Positions 12,481 through 24,418 of a stretch of DNA of 64,000 nt are shown one piece after another. The notes beneath the pieces were generated by a model. That model saw nothing but the letters and a program-made list of their open reading frames with translations, ran no database searches and had not been told where the DNA came from. The DNA is from Anthoceros angustus (Eukaryota; Plantae; Anthocerotophyta): NCBI GenBank assembly GCA_010909165.1, contig MU008215.1, positions 303,403 to 367,402 of the forward strand, read 5' to 3'. The position numbers and the translations under genes were made by a program. Numbering within the stretch: the first letter of the stretch is position 1; every line of letters begins with the position of its first letter.

Positions 12481-14996
12481 GGGGTCGTTTCTTCTTCCTT
12501 ACCCCTTCCCGGGTGATTCTCTCACCTGTGCTTCTCCGCTCACTGCTTCTCCTGCGTTTCTTCACCCCTGCTGCTTGGGACACTCCAAGTCTAAGGCTTG
12601 ACTTGCATGAGGGCCTCCCTATCATCATCATGAGGTCCCAACATCCTCCTCTCAGAAGTCGCAACAACTCGTTAGTGGCCTTGAGCACCTTGTTGTGAAG
12701 ATGGGCTGCAAATCGTTGTTGTGCCATCTCCAATTCTTCGTAATCCTCAAGCCATACTCCATGCTCACACTTGCTTTTGTAAGCATCTGAAGGCCACCGC
12801 CTTGACATGGAGAGCCACATTCTCCGTCCTCTCATTCTCGCAGCTGGATCAATCTCTTGTAGGGCATAATCAGCCCAAATCTCCGCCTCCTCACCGCCAA
12901 CATATGCGCACAACCGCCTCATGACGGCCTTTCTCCTTTGCCATTTCTTCCTCCAACTCCCCTATCCTCCTAGGGAGTTGTGCATTCTCCGTTGCTGGAC
13001 TTCTGCTCCATTTCCAATCTTTGGACAAAATGTGTCCGTTCTTCCAGCTCTTCTTCCTTCAATTCCACCTGATTTCTCCCAGCTCCTTTTCCATGTCACT
13101 AATCTTCACCTGGTGGCTATGACCCGCTCATGTGCGCCTACTTGCCTTTGTGCCGCCCCTCATTTGCCGCAGAGATTGCCTCGCCTTGACCTTTCCTCCA
13201 TTAGCAGACTTGCTTGTCCGCCTTCTTTTCCCATGCGCACCATGTGAGCAAGTTGCTCCACCTTCTCCTCTCGAGCTGCCAATTGCTTGGTAAGAGCCTT
13301 GTTCTCCGAATATGTTTGCCTCGTAGCCTTGTTTCAAGACTCTTTTCCAAGTGCTCCACTTGAGCTTCCATCCTCATAACATCCTCCCGCCATGGGTTTC
13401 CGCCACCGCAATTTCCCTTGCTTGGTAGGTCCTTGTCTTTCCGCCTCCTTCAAGAATTCAACTCTCCTCTTGGCTCCTATGTCTACCTTGTGAACATCTC
13501 CCTATGCGCAGATCTCCTCCAACATGTCTAAGTCTCCTTTCTTACCTCCGGAGACTCAAGGCCTTTGCCTTGCTCATGGGATCTTACATCCCTTGCTTCC
13601 CTATGATGAGCTCCCGCTCATCACTTGGTGGGCAACCTCCCACCGTGACTCCATCCGCCGCCCACCTAACGGGCCGGTTGCCTTCTTATCTCCTCTTGGG
13701 AGCTTCCAAACCGTGACTTCCTTTTCCTCCCACCGTGGTAGGAGGTGCCCTACCACCGTAGGACTACTTCCCACCGTGGTAGGACTACCCCGCCACCGTA
13801 GGCCTTGTCATGAGAGGACGAAGGGGTCCAAACCACCGTGGGAACACCTCCCACCTCGCAGCGGGATTCCCGCCATGGTAGGATCTATCCTACCTTCCAT
13901 CTCCGCATCCTCCGGTCCAAACTTCAAATCCCCTACAACTTCTCCTTGCAAGTCCTCCACACATCCTCCGCCTATCTTCTGAGGATTCCTTCCAAAATAA
14001 TATTCCGTGGTGGAATAAAAGTTTGGGCAACTGTTCAAAAAGAGCCTGGAGGAAGGACGAACTTGATTTTTTTTAATAAATCGATTGAGGACTCATGTCG
14101 GAATTTTCGCACTTTTGAAACCGGAGTTGTAGGGTATTGGTGGGGAAGCAAGGAGGATATCCCAGGGAAAAGAAACGGGTCAAAATGCTCACTAATAGGG
14201 GAATAGATAACAGGTATTAATTAGAAGGTACCATCACTGGGGACAGTGGAAATAGGTAATTTAGGAAGGTGCTTAGGTAATTCTAGGGATGTCGAATCCG
14301 CATCTAGGGTTGGGAACTCTGTGGCAAAGAATCCAAGGAGGGCAAAGTGTAAGTAAGGGCCGCCAACTCCTCTTCGAACTCGAGAGGCGCCCTCACTTGC
14401 CAAGAGCTCGAGGGAATCGCTGCGCTCGGAGCCGGTGAGCAAGAGGAGAGGAGAAAGCCGCCATCGCCCTCACCACCCCCACTGCGGTTGAGTCGAGCGC
14501 AAAAGGGAGCTAGGGCGCGCGATGAAACAAGAAGGAGAGGGAACTCCCCAACCTGAGCGTAGGAGGCGAAGAGGAAGACGCCAAGCACCTGCCATGAGTT
14601 TTTCGAGCCTGAAGTTGTGAGGAGCGCTACCGGGCGTCGCAATGTTGGAAGGCTGAGCTCTCGAGGCGTGAGGTGCGGATTGGGGCGCCCTAAGGACGTC
14701 ATGTAAGGCTGAAGGAATTGAGGGTGCAAGGAGAAAGCCTCGATTGACGTCTTTTGTTGGCGGGCGCCTTGCCCCTGAGAGGACTCACGGCGAGGAATTA
14801 TGCGCAGCCACCGAGGTGTGAGTGCAAGCATTAACATTGCCATTGTGTCTCGTGGCGCTCAGCTGTGAAAGCATTTTGAGAGCCAAGCTTGAGGCTACCA
14901 ACGCTGGGAATTGGGGAGTAATTCTCCTACACTTAGCAGCACCTGAAGTGGAGAAGCCATGCCTCGAAAGGTGGAAAGGCAAGGGAAGGAACCAAT

Positions 14997-17900
14997 TGTG
15001 AAATCCATCTAGTCTCGGAAACCCCCGTCAAGAAAATGTGCCTCAAGGAATTTTTGTTTTTTTTTTGAGAGGGTGTGAAAATAAGTCGATTGACTAGAGT
15101 TGGGGATATTCATAGTAGAAATGTCCTTGGCCTATGGAGTTCTTTTGTTTTATTGCCTAGGTTAGATAATAAATGGTCCGGAATTTGGTGTTCCTTGGCC
15201 CATGGACCCCGATATCCACTACAAGGTCTATATATGCGGGTAGGGGTGGTTATTTGGGTCACCTAAGTTAGGGTCGACCCAAATGAGTGAATGAGGGTTG
15301 TGGATGGGAAAGCGGTCGAGAAGACAACCAGCAGTGGAGGCCAAACTTAACCCTAAGGAAACCGTAGGGGTGACAGAGCGCTCAAACGGCGGAGCAAGGC
15401 CGGCGGAGCGAGGAGGAGGAGCGCGGGCCGGAGCGTGAGGTCGCCGAGGAGCCGATCGAGAGGCGGACGCGATCGCGAGAGCGAGGGCGATCGGGTGGAG
15501 GCCGCCTCAACCCTCACGCGAAGTCCAGTGGAAGGAAGGAAGGCGGCGCGGCTGAGGAGGTAGGAACTCGAGTCGACCTCCGTGAAATTCGCGCAGGTGG
15601 CACCTGGCCGAGGAGACGAGGACTATCATGAAGGATGGCGCAAAGCCACCGAGATTGCGCTTGCCCAATGGCCAAACATGGATCATTGGAAAGTCCGAAA
15701 TGGGGCCCGTGAAGGAGCTCGGTTTCATGGAGAAGCGGTGGAATTACACGACTGGGATCGTGGAGTGCGCGCCACCTAAAGACAAGCAACCCGAGGGAAT
15801 TAGAGCAAAACCTCGTGGATTGGGACCGCATTGGTTAGAAGTGTATGAAGCAAGGAGGAGGGTTTGGTGATGGAACCTTCTAAAAGGAGCAGAAGAAGCA
15901 GCAGCCCGCCCGGTGAAGGGCGAATCCGAACCCAATGGTTGGTCGACGCGAGATTGGCAACAAGATGCTTAATGGGTCCGCCAGATGGCTTCTCCGCTTC
16001 ACAGACAAGAAGTGGATTATTTGTCCGACCACTTGCCGTTGTTCCTCCATGAAGTGGTCAAGAAAATCGATTGACGAATTCTCTTTGAGAAGTTGAGTGA
16101 AGAAAGGTTGAACTGATTTCTCCCCTCGGCCCTCTAATTTCTCACCATTCCTAGTTCCATCTTTATGCGCATGCTAATTGCCCGCCAGAGGTAGATTGTA
16201 GCCTTCACATGTGGAAGCCTGGGAGGTGAAGTGGAAGGAGGAGCCCAAGGAGGAAATTGAGGAGGAATCGACCGGGAGTCCATGTGCGCCCGAGGAAGAG
16301 AAGGAAATTCTACCAAAGAAGAAGAGGAAGACCGGGGTGAGCGGCCCAAAAAGTGAAGGGACGCGCGTCACTGTGTCAAGGCGGTGCCGCTACGAAAAGC
16401 AAAGAAAATGAAAGCCAAACGCAGCTGAGGTGGCGGAGGAAGAGGCGCATCCGAGGACAATTTTGCCGACTGGATGCATGATGAATCAACTGAGGAATTA
16501 GCCGACCTCGTGGAGCGGACCCTCCTCAAAGATGGGAAGAGATTTTCAAGGGGACTCCACCGCAAGAGGTGGATGCAAAATTGGTGAGGGTGCGCACTTT
16601 GTTGGGAGGAAAGTTCTCGACAGAGGGATGGCGTCCGCACAACAAGTGGAATTTGGAGCCGACGACGGCGATCCGCCCAAGCGATTTGTTGGATCAAGCG
16701 CCTGGCTCTCATGGCTGGTAAGGGCGGAGGAAGTGGTGAAGGCCAGTTTGACGAAGGAGAAGCGCAAGCAATGGAGGAAGACAAGCCCTTAGAGGAAATA
16801 AGGGCCAAGATTCAAGAAGATTTGTGCAGGCCCAGAAGCCGCAGCCATGACGAGTCACAGGAAGCACTCATGGCTCAAATTAAGGATGCCCACGAGTCAA
16901 ACCAGAGATGCAGGGAGTTGTTGCAGCCCAGAGCGTGAGGCGGCCTCGTGGAAAAGGCCCATAAGCTAGGAACGGTATAAACGGAGCGGATGAGGCACGT
17001 ACGAAAGAAAAAGAGAAGGGAAGGGGCAGTGACCACGACCGGTAGCGGAAGGCTACCGAGGGAAGCAGCCGTGGTAAACACCTACCTCACCGCTGGACCA
17101 ACGACGGCCGTGGAGACCACTACTGCAGCGAAGTGCATGGCGCGACGCGACGCGCCCGCGAGGACATGGGCCAGCAACTGTGTAGCTACGGAGGAGGGGT
17201 AAGCACCTCACCGCAGCAGGGGTCCTATTATATTACGGCACATGGATGAGGAAACTTATGCGGTCTATATGTGAATGGAGAACGCGTGCTTAACCTCACC
17301 GCCCATGTGCGTGTGGAAATAGGAGGGATCAGTCCTACCCATCGCAAGTGAGGACCAAGTGCATACTTCTACCATCGCCCGGTGTGGGGTTGGCTATTAT
17401 GCGGAGGCGACTTTGGAGGAGTTGAGCGAGAGGAGGTCCAGCTTGGGTGGACGAGGAACCGTGGTAATCCTCAATAAGGCCAAGAAGAGAAGGTGGTACC
17501 CTCAAATTAGACGCCAGCAGGATGTGAGGTGGAAGTAGTGGGAGAACCCGTGACCGGGCGGCAAGGTGAGAGCTCGTGGCGGCAATGGAGGACGAGGTGT
17601 GACGAAGTCGGGTAGGGCGCGCAGATAGCGAGGGCAAGGTGGTAGCAACCTAAAGATAATTTGGTGATGATCGACCTAGGATCGCTGAATTGTGGTGCGC
17701 CTTAGCTTTAGGATCTAGAAACTGGGAAACAGGTGCCGATGTATAAGAGGGGCAACTTGCCCCCACCGAGATAACTCCCGGTTGAGATCCCCACGCCTGG
17801 GATGGTTGGAGACGTCATGACAGAGTGTAGACGCCTCCGGGGTGGTCGAGAGCTTGCTCGGAGGAGGAGGTGATGGAGCAAGCAAACAGGAGGAGGAAAC

Positions 17901-18191
17901 CAAGGATCGCGGGCGGGTCCGGAGCTTGCTCAACGCCCGACGCCTTCTCTTTCCTTCACCTTGTCCCGAAAGTTGTGTTCAAGAAGTGTGAGTGGATGGA
18001 AGCGAAATTGAGGGAGAGAGAGAGAGAAGAGATTGGGTGAAGGAGAGATCTAAACAATGCTGGCGCGAGGTGAGATCGGAGGGAAGAGAAGGAACTAATT
18101 GGAGGCTAGGGAGAATTGTGTGAATTGAGAAACCAAACCGGTGGCTGGTGCACAAGGAACAAAGTTCCTGTAGAAATGTGGGGTGGCGCCT

Positions 18192-18222
<31 letters not shown>

Positions 18223-18603
18223 AAGGGGAGGTATCCAGAACTTTGGTCTCTAGGAATTGTGTGCATGGAGTGCCAAAGTCCGATCCGCGAGCACCGGACG
18301 CCTGTGGGGATCCGCGCGCCGCGCGGAAATAAGTCGCTAGGGTTTGGTGGGACCCACCTCGGTCAAAGCAACTACCCGGTGGAATGAGAGCGTGGAAATG
18401 GGATTTAAGGTCTGGGACAAGTCAAGGTAGTAGTTGAGTAGATAGGTAAGAGGAGTAGCAGTAAGTCGACTTAGGTGAAGGTCGAGTGATAGAAGTTAGC
18501 GCCTCTTGGCACAAACCATTCCCTTGGGAGCGAATCCTAAGCCTACAACGACATTGAGGGTGAATGTGGACCTCACGGTGTCCCGGACACAATCCACTCC
18601 ACA
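14997..18603 (+). repeat. Gypsy A 5' LTR
   Basis: Direct repeat of 24419-28054; TATA-like gtataagagg at ~17741; (TG)n at ~18192-18219. Confidence 0.9.
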
Positions 18604-18669
18604 TTTTGGCGCTGCCGGGAATGGAATCCCAAGGACGAGGAAGGACTAACCATAGCTTACGAGAGTCTA

Positions 18670-21600
18670 GCATTACTAGATTGATGGATGCCTCGGTGGA
18701 GACAAGCGATTCGATCCGACTGGGGAAACGCTCGCAAGACGGCAACGCCAAGCAAAGATTGCGAGAGTTACGAGGAGAGCAGGAGATCACACTTGGACGA
18801 GGAAGGGGGAGGAGTCAACTTAACTAGGGATCGGATCTTAACGGATTGATTCCCAACTCGACTGGTACAAGGGGCCGTGTACCCGATCCCACCTTGTCTT
18901 TTGATCTCGCCTCCATTGCCTAGACCACGCACCAAATGTGAATGTAGAGGTCCCGCAGAGGGCCGCTGGCCAACCACCGCAGTCGTGAAAGTACTACCCG
19001 GTAGTTATGGCTGCGACTTGTTACTACTAAGCAATCTTACCCGCATGGAGAAAAGAAGGGCCATGAGGATCCCGAGTTTGTCGAGGTTTGTGAGCGCTGT
19101 GAGGATGCGATCGCCCACTGCTTTATGGAGTCTTACGAGCGGCGCCAAGTGGTACAAGCGGGAGTACATAGCTTCTTCCACACCCCGCCTACTTTGGGGC
19201 CTTGAAGAGAGCTTTTGTGAAAGATCTGAGGGGTCGATGTGGAAGGATATGTCCCCCAAGTTGGAGGGATGGAGAGGAAGAAGGAGACCCGCAGCTTATG
19301 TGGAAAGGTTCCACACCACGGATCGGGCCGGTCCGCACTGAGCTAATGGCCATTCACTGGTTTGCAAGAGGATTGGGCGGAAATGGGAAGGCACTCGTCG
19401 AGAAAAGATTTGGATCAAGATCGCCCGAACTATGAGGAGTCCAACGGAAGAGAAGAAGAACTCGAACAAGGGCGCAAAGGACAAAAGAAATACAAAAGAA
19501 GAAGAAGTACTATTCCTCCGATGACAGCCTGGAGGAGGATAGTTTCAACCGACTCCTCGGGTAGCTCCACCAAGAGGAGACCAATGAGGATTCGGAGGAG
19601 AAGACGTGAGCGCAATAAGGGATAGAAGGAAGAAGGGAAAAATGATCTGGAAACAAGACGACGTGCAAAGGGAAGGAGCTATATGCACGAAAGGACGCGG
19701 AGCAGGTGAGAAGAGAGGTGGAAAAAAAGAAAAAGTGGAGCAACAAGGGAACAAGATGGAGGAAATGATGGTCAAACCGAGAAACTCCATCTTAATGCCA
19801 TCAAGGACCATGATAGAAGAAGGGTTACGGAGCGCGAATAATCTTCTCGCTCAACTTGTGGACAAGGTCGAATCGCCCACAAACAAAAGTGCAATCTCTA
19901 CGAGGAGAGGATGAGGAGATGTGCTTGGAAGATACATACCAAATTCAAGAGGCAACACCGATCTCGGGTACAAAACTTTGTACCTCAAGTTTACGAAACC
20001 ACGCATGGGCATTCGTAATCGATGGTAAGGAACCCGCAAATGAGTGCCATGGTTACAATTGCCGAGGGTTCGCATCTTGCTGCTGGATGCCCCTCCGCAT
20101 CTCGCTGTGGAATGGTGATTTTGAAAGGTCGTGTGTGAGCAATCAGTCACGAGCGCAGGCCCTCCGCTGACACCAAAGAAACAGTGAGGATCGCTCAACC
20201 TCCCACGGCGACCCACCCCGCAGCAAAGAAAGCCTGCCGCAATGCAAGTCAAGATGCGCCATGGTCAGATGGAGGATTCCGAGGCGCGAGGAGCCCGGAA
20301 GGGTTGGGGATGTGGATAGTGGGTATTACGGAACCCCGCGATGGTCGCTCGACGCGGAGCGGCGAGAGGAAGGCGACACCCTAAGAAGGGGGAACGGGGA
20401 AAAGAGAAGAAGAACGGAGTGGGAGCTTCCATAACGTCCGCAAGTGAGGAGGAAGAGGCTTCATCAAAGCGGGAAGGAAGAGAAGTCCAACCACAAAACG
20501 ACGAGGGACTCAGATGGGAATCAAAAAAGGGCATGCGAATCCAATGGACGGGAGCAAGGCACAACGCCACCCCAACGCGGTTGCGATTGGATGATGGCAT
20601 CAGGTGTAACTCCCTTAGCAGAGACCGCGGATTCGAGGGTGAAGTGCAAAACGAGGACAAATGGACGTGGGACTCGAGTCGACACATGGGGCGAAAACCC
20701 GCAAGAGGAAAAAGGATGAGTCGCTCACTGTGGGGAAGTTATGGATATGATCCGACAAGAACTGGAACAGACTCCGACTGTACCTTTGGCCATCGACCCA
20801 CCGACCCACCTACCGCCACTGTTTCAACGACAACATCTCAAACATACCGGTAAAATGACGGTGGGGTTGGCAAGGAGAAAGAGCACAAAAGTGTTCCTTT
20901 CAATTTGGCTAAGCGCTATCATGGACCAAAAGTTCATGATAACGCGGACAGTGGACAATCAGACCGCCAAAGAACTGGGGCATTGAAGGCGGCACAACCC
21001 AAGAAGAGACGAACCTTTCCACCCCAAGGCCGAAACCCCTTGTGAATATGGCCATGATGGACTGACTGGTGAGCCAGAGAAATTATGGATGTGTAATCAA
21101 GAAGGTAGATTCGCTAGATCGGTCAACATCATGATGAGGAGACCGCCTAAGCTTGGGTTGCGATAGAACATACATCAAAGGTGTTGCGGCGACATGTCCA
21201 AAATGGCGAGGGGAGTCGGAGTCCTAACCCATATTGGTACCATTCCGCACTCATGGACTACGTGGTCATTAAACAAAAAGCGCCAGGTATGAGGTTCTCA
21301 TTGACGAACATGGATGTATGGGGCACGTTGCACCTTCAAATGGGCGAAAGGAAGTGGATTCAAACCTGAGGGACCCCAAAATTAAGGAGGAAGGATATGT
21401 TTGACTTGGAGCAGATACGACGCAGGGAGACACCCACAAACGGAGGGATACACCTCTCAAGATACCTGGGGAGAGGATGAGAAGGAGAAATTCCCATTCG
21501 CATATTTCGTGGTCGATGAAGAGGACGACACGGAGAGATATTCCCATTCCATCAACCTATTAGGGTGCTATGGAGTCACAATTGACAACCCGTGGTCGGG

Positions 21601-24390
21601 AGGATCGAAGGCCGGGACGAGGTCGAGGAACAGAAGTAGAGGTGGGAGCGACGATCCGGACAAACTTCGGAGGGTGCGAGGAGGGTGTCTCACGCTTTAC
21701 CTCGACGACCTATTCCGGAATGGGGAATGCGCAAGGAGAACCAAGACAGGAGGAAGGGCATCACATCCGCCCGGTGGAGAGAGAGTGCATGATGAGGTCA
21801 AGGACGGAAGTGTTGCCGCAAGGTCCTTAAGTTTTCGAAGATGAATGCAGACTTGGAAAGGGGTATGAAACGCATGGAATTTATCCACGCTTTTGCTTTT
21901 GACGTTAACATGAAGGGTATACCGAGGGAGTGGGGAGCACAAGATTGATCTCGAGCCGTGTCAGGCCCGGATACAATACAAGCTAAATCCAAAGTATTCA
22001 CAAGGTAAAGGAACAATTGGAGCTTACTTGCGTGACGCTATATATCCTATTGTGACATCGGAGTGGTAGCCCCAATTGTGGTTCCCAAAAAGCGTAAGGG
22101 AAGATACGCTGTGATTGGAGGAAGTTAAACAAGGTGACCAAAAAGACCATTACCCGCTTCCATTCATAGACAACATAATGGACTTAGTTGGTGGAGAATG
22201 GTCTACCTGCTCGGATGGGTATTCGGGTATAACCATACATCTCGTGAGAGTGATTGGCCATGCCTTCACTATGATCGGGAACCTATGCCTACAAACGGAG
22301 TGCGCTCGGATTAACAGGGCACCGTGATCCTTCATGCGACTTGTCAAGATTTTCAAGGAATACCTTAGGGACTTCATGGAGGTCTTCCGGATGACTTCGC
22401 GTTTGGAGCCAAAGATCACCTCAACCACCTTCGCAAATGTCCGAACGGTGTCAAGACCAATTGTGTCTACATCCCGAGAAATGTTATTTCGGCATGCCGA
22501 GGGTATTTTGTTGGGGCACCGATTGGGTGGGGATAGAGGTCGACGATAAGGTCAAAATCATTACCGCCTCAAGCCACCTACCAATCAAGGAGCTTAGGGA
22601 TTCCTAATGGTAGGCTATTATCAAGGTTTGTGAAGAATTTCCGTAAGGGCGCCACATGTAATCGCTTCGCAAGGACCAGGAGTGGAATGGACGAAAAAAA
22701 CGAGAGGAGGCCTTCAATGATCTTCGACCACCGATCACAAAGACCACGCGGGAGATCGAGCAAGAAGTTCCACGTGTTTGTAGACGCGCCTATGCAATCG
22801 GTACCATTCTAAGCCAAAGGGATGACAAGAAGCACGATTATCCAATCTATTATGCAGGAGGCAGCTCACGACGCAGAAGAAGTATACCACCACCGAGAGG
22901 AGGCGCTGGGATGGTGTACTCGGTTCAAGTTTCACTATTTGCTATCCTACGAGTTCGCCTTCCATGTGGACCACTTCGCCTCAAACACCGGTAAACAAAC
23001 CGACTTGTCCGGACGCATAGCAAGATGGATCCTACTCGCAAGAATTCACGCTCACGGTGGAGACCAGAGGAGGAGTAAACATGTGAATGCATTACATTTC
23101 GAGGTCGAAACAGGAGGTTACACAGACCAAAACGACGATTTTCCCGATGAAGCTGTTCACAAAGTTAGAGGGGCGACCAACCATAAGGCGAGGGTAAATG
23201 GTGGCTCGGCAGAAATGAGAAGGGAGAACGGATACACAAGGCCCACCCATGAGGAGGAGATGATGGAATTCGGAAACGGAAAATACCATCGGATCTTTCA
23301 AACCCCAGGGCGCTAGGCACTATTCGTCCGCTTGTAACGCAAAGACAATCATAAATCGGGACCGGATGGAAAAAGTTATGGGTAACAAGGGAAGTTATCC
23401 GAGGCCGAGGAGATGCACGGGAGGACATTTTGCGCACATATCACGTGCAAGAAGGTGCTTGAAACGGGTATGGGTGGCAAACCATGCATCGTGATGCTAG
23501 GAGTTTGTTAAACGCTATGCTCGCCGAGGGTTGGGAAACCGTCGCAACCACTCAATGGCCAATGGTTCCGATATTGGCCCGCGCCATTCGAGAAATGGGG
23601 AATAGATTTGTTGGTCCCATACCCAAAACGAGACGCGACAAAACCAATACATCCTCGTGGCCACGACTATTGCACGCATGGTGGAAGCCCAAGCACCTGT
23701 AGACACCTCATGTAGTGGCCAGTTCCTCTATGAACACATTATCACTGATATGGCTGCCCTTGAGCTTGTCAATGCGAGGGTCACATTTCGTCAACGGTTA
23801 TATCTCATATGACGATCTACTTCAACGCGCCAGAAAACGACTTTATAATCCCAAGGCAAATGGCTTAACCAAAAGGCGAATGGGCTCTGTGTGATCCTCA
23901 ACAAGCTAACGGTGGAATATGCGACGATTGGGATCTTAAGCTTCACTCCGCCCGGGCATACGGATCGCAGAGAAATAACAACGCAACAAACACCAGACTA
24001 CCTCACCCACGCCATTCTCCCAATGCCTATTGAGTTTGAAATTCCCACCGCGATCTGTGAAACTAACCGCATGGAGAGGAAAGTCACCGAACGCCTGGTC
24101 GCCTTCGCTAAACATACAGAGGATAGGAACAGCTGAGCGTCATGCGATATTCAAAGCGAAACGGAAAATATGGCATGACAATGTTGCAAGCAAGAGTGGG
24201 TAGTTCCGTGACTTGGCCTCATTTACGACAATAGGTATATGCACTTTTGGAAGCTCCACCTTCGATGGATGGGGCCATACAGTTCTCAAGTCTTCAAGAA
24301 TGGCTCAAGATAACAAGCAAGAGTTAGTGGACCTCCACCACACCACCAGTCAATGGGTGGAGGGTCAAGAAGTATTATATATAAGTTGGC
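18670..24390 (+). pseudogene. Gypsy A gag-pol (heavily frameshifted)
   Basis: RT KDHYPLPFIDNIMD..DGYSG and FKEYLRDFMEVF; RH FHVFVDA...YLLSYEFAFHVDH; INT FVGPIP and PQANGL-like; GPY/F motif WMGPY at ~24268. Confidence 0.85.
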
Positions 24391-24418
24391 GAGGACGCCA
24401 ACAAATGAGAAGGGAGTA

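Larger units (their letters stand above)
4632..14000 (-). mobile_element. Large Gypsy-type LTR fragment (minus strand), interrupted by Copia-1; upper boundary uncertain
   Basis: The reverse complement of 4632-4690 (gggataagtgtggccgctagagggtg...gggatctgcctcccaCA) matches the LTR end at 28940-28999. TATA-like ctataaaag on - at ~5605. The sequence resumes after the Copia-1 TSD; degenerate charged ORFs on - at 12476-13990. Confidence 0.6.
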
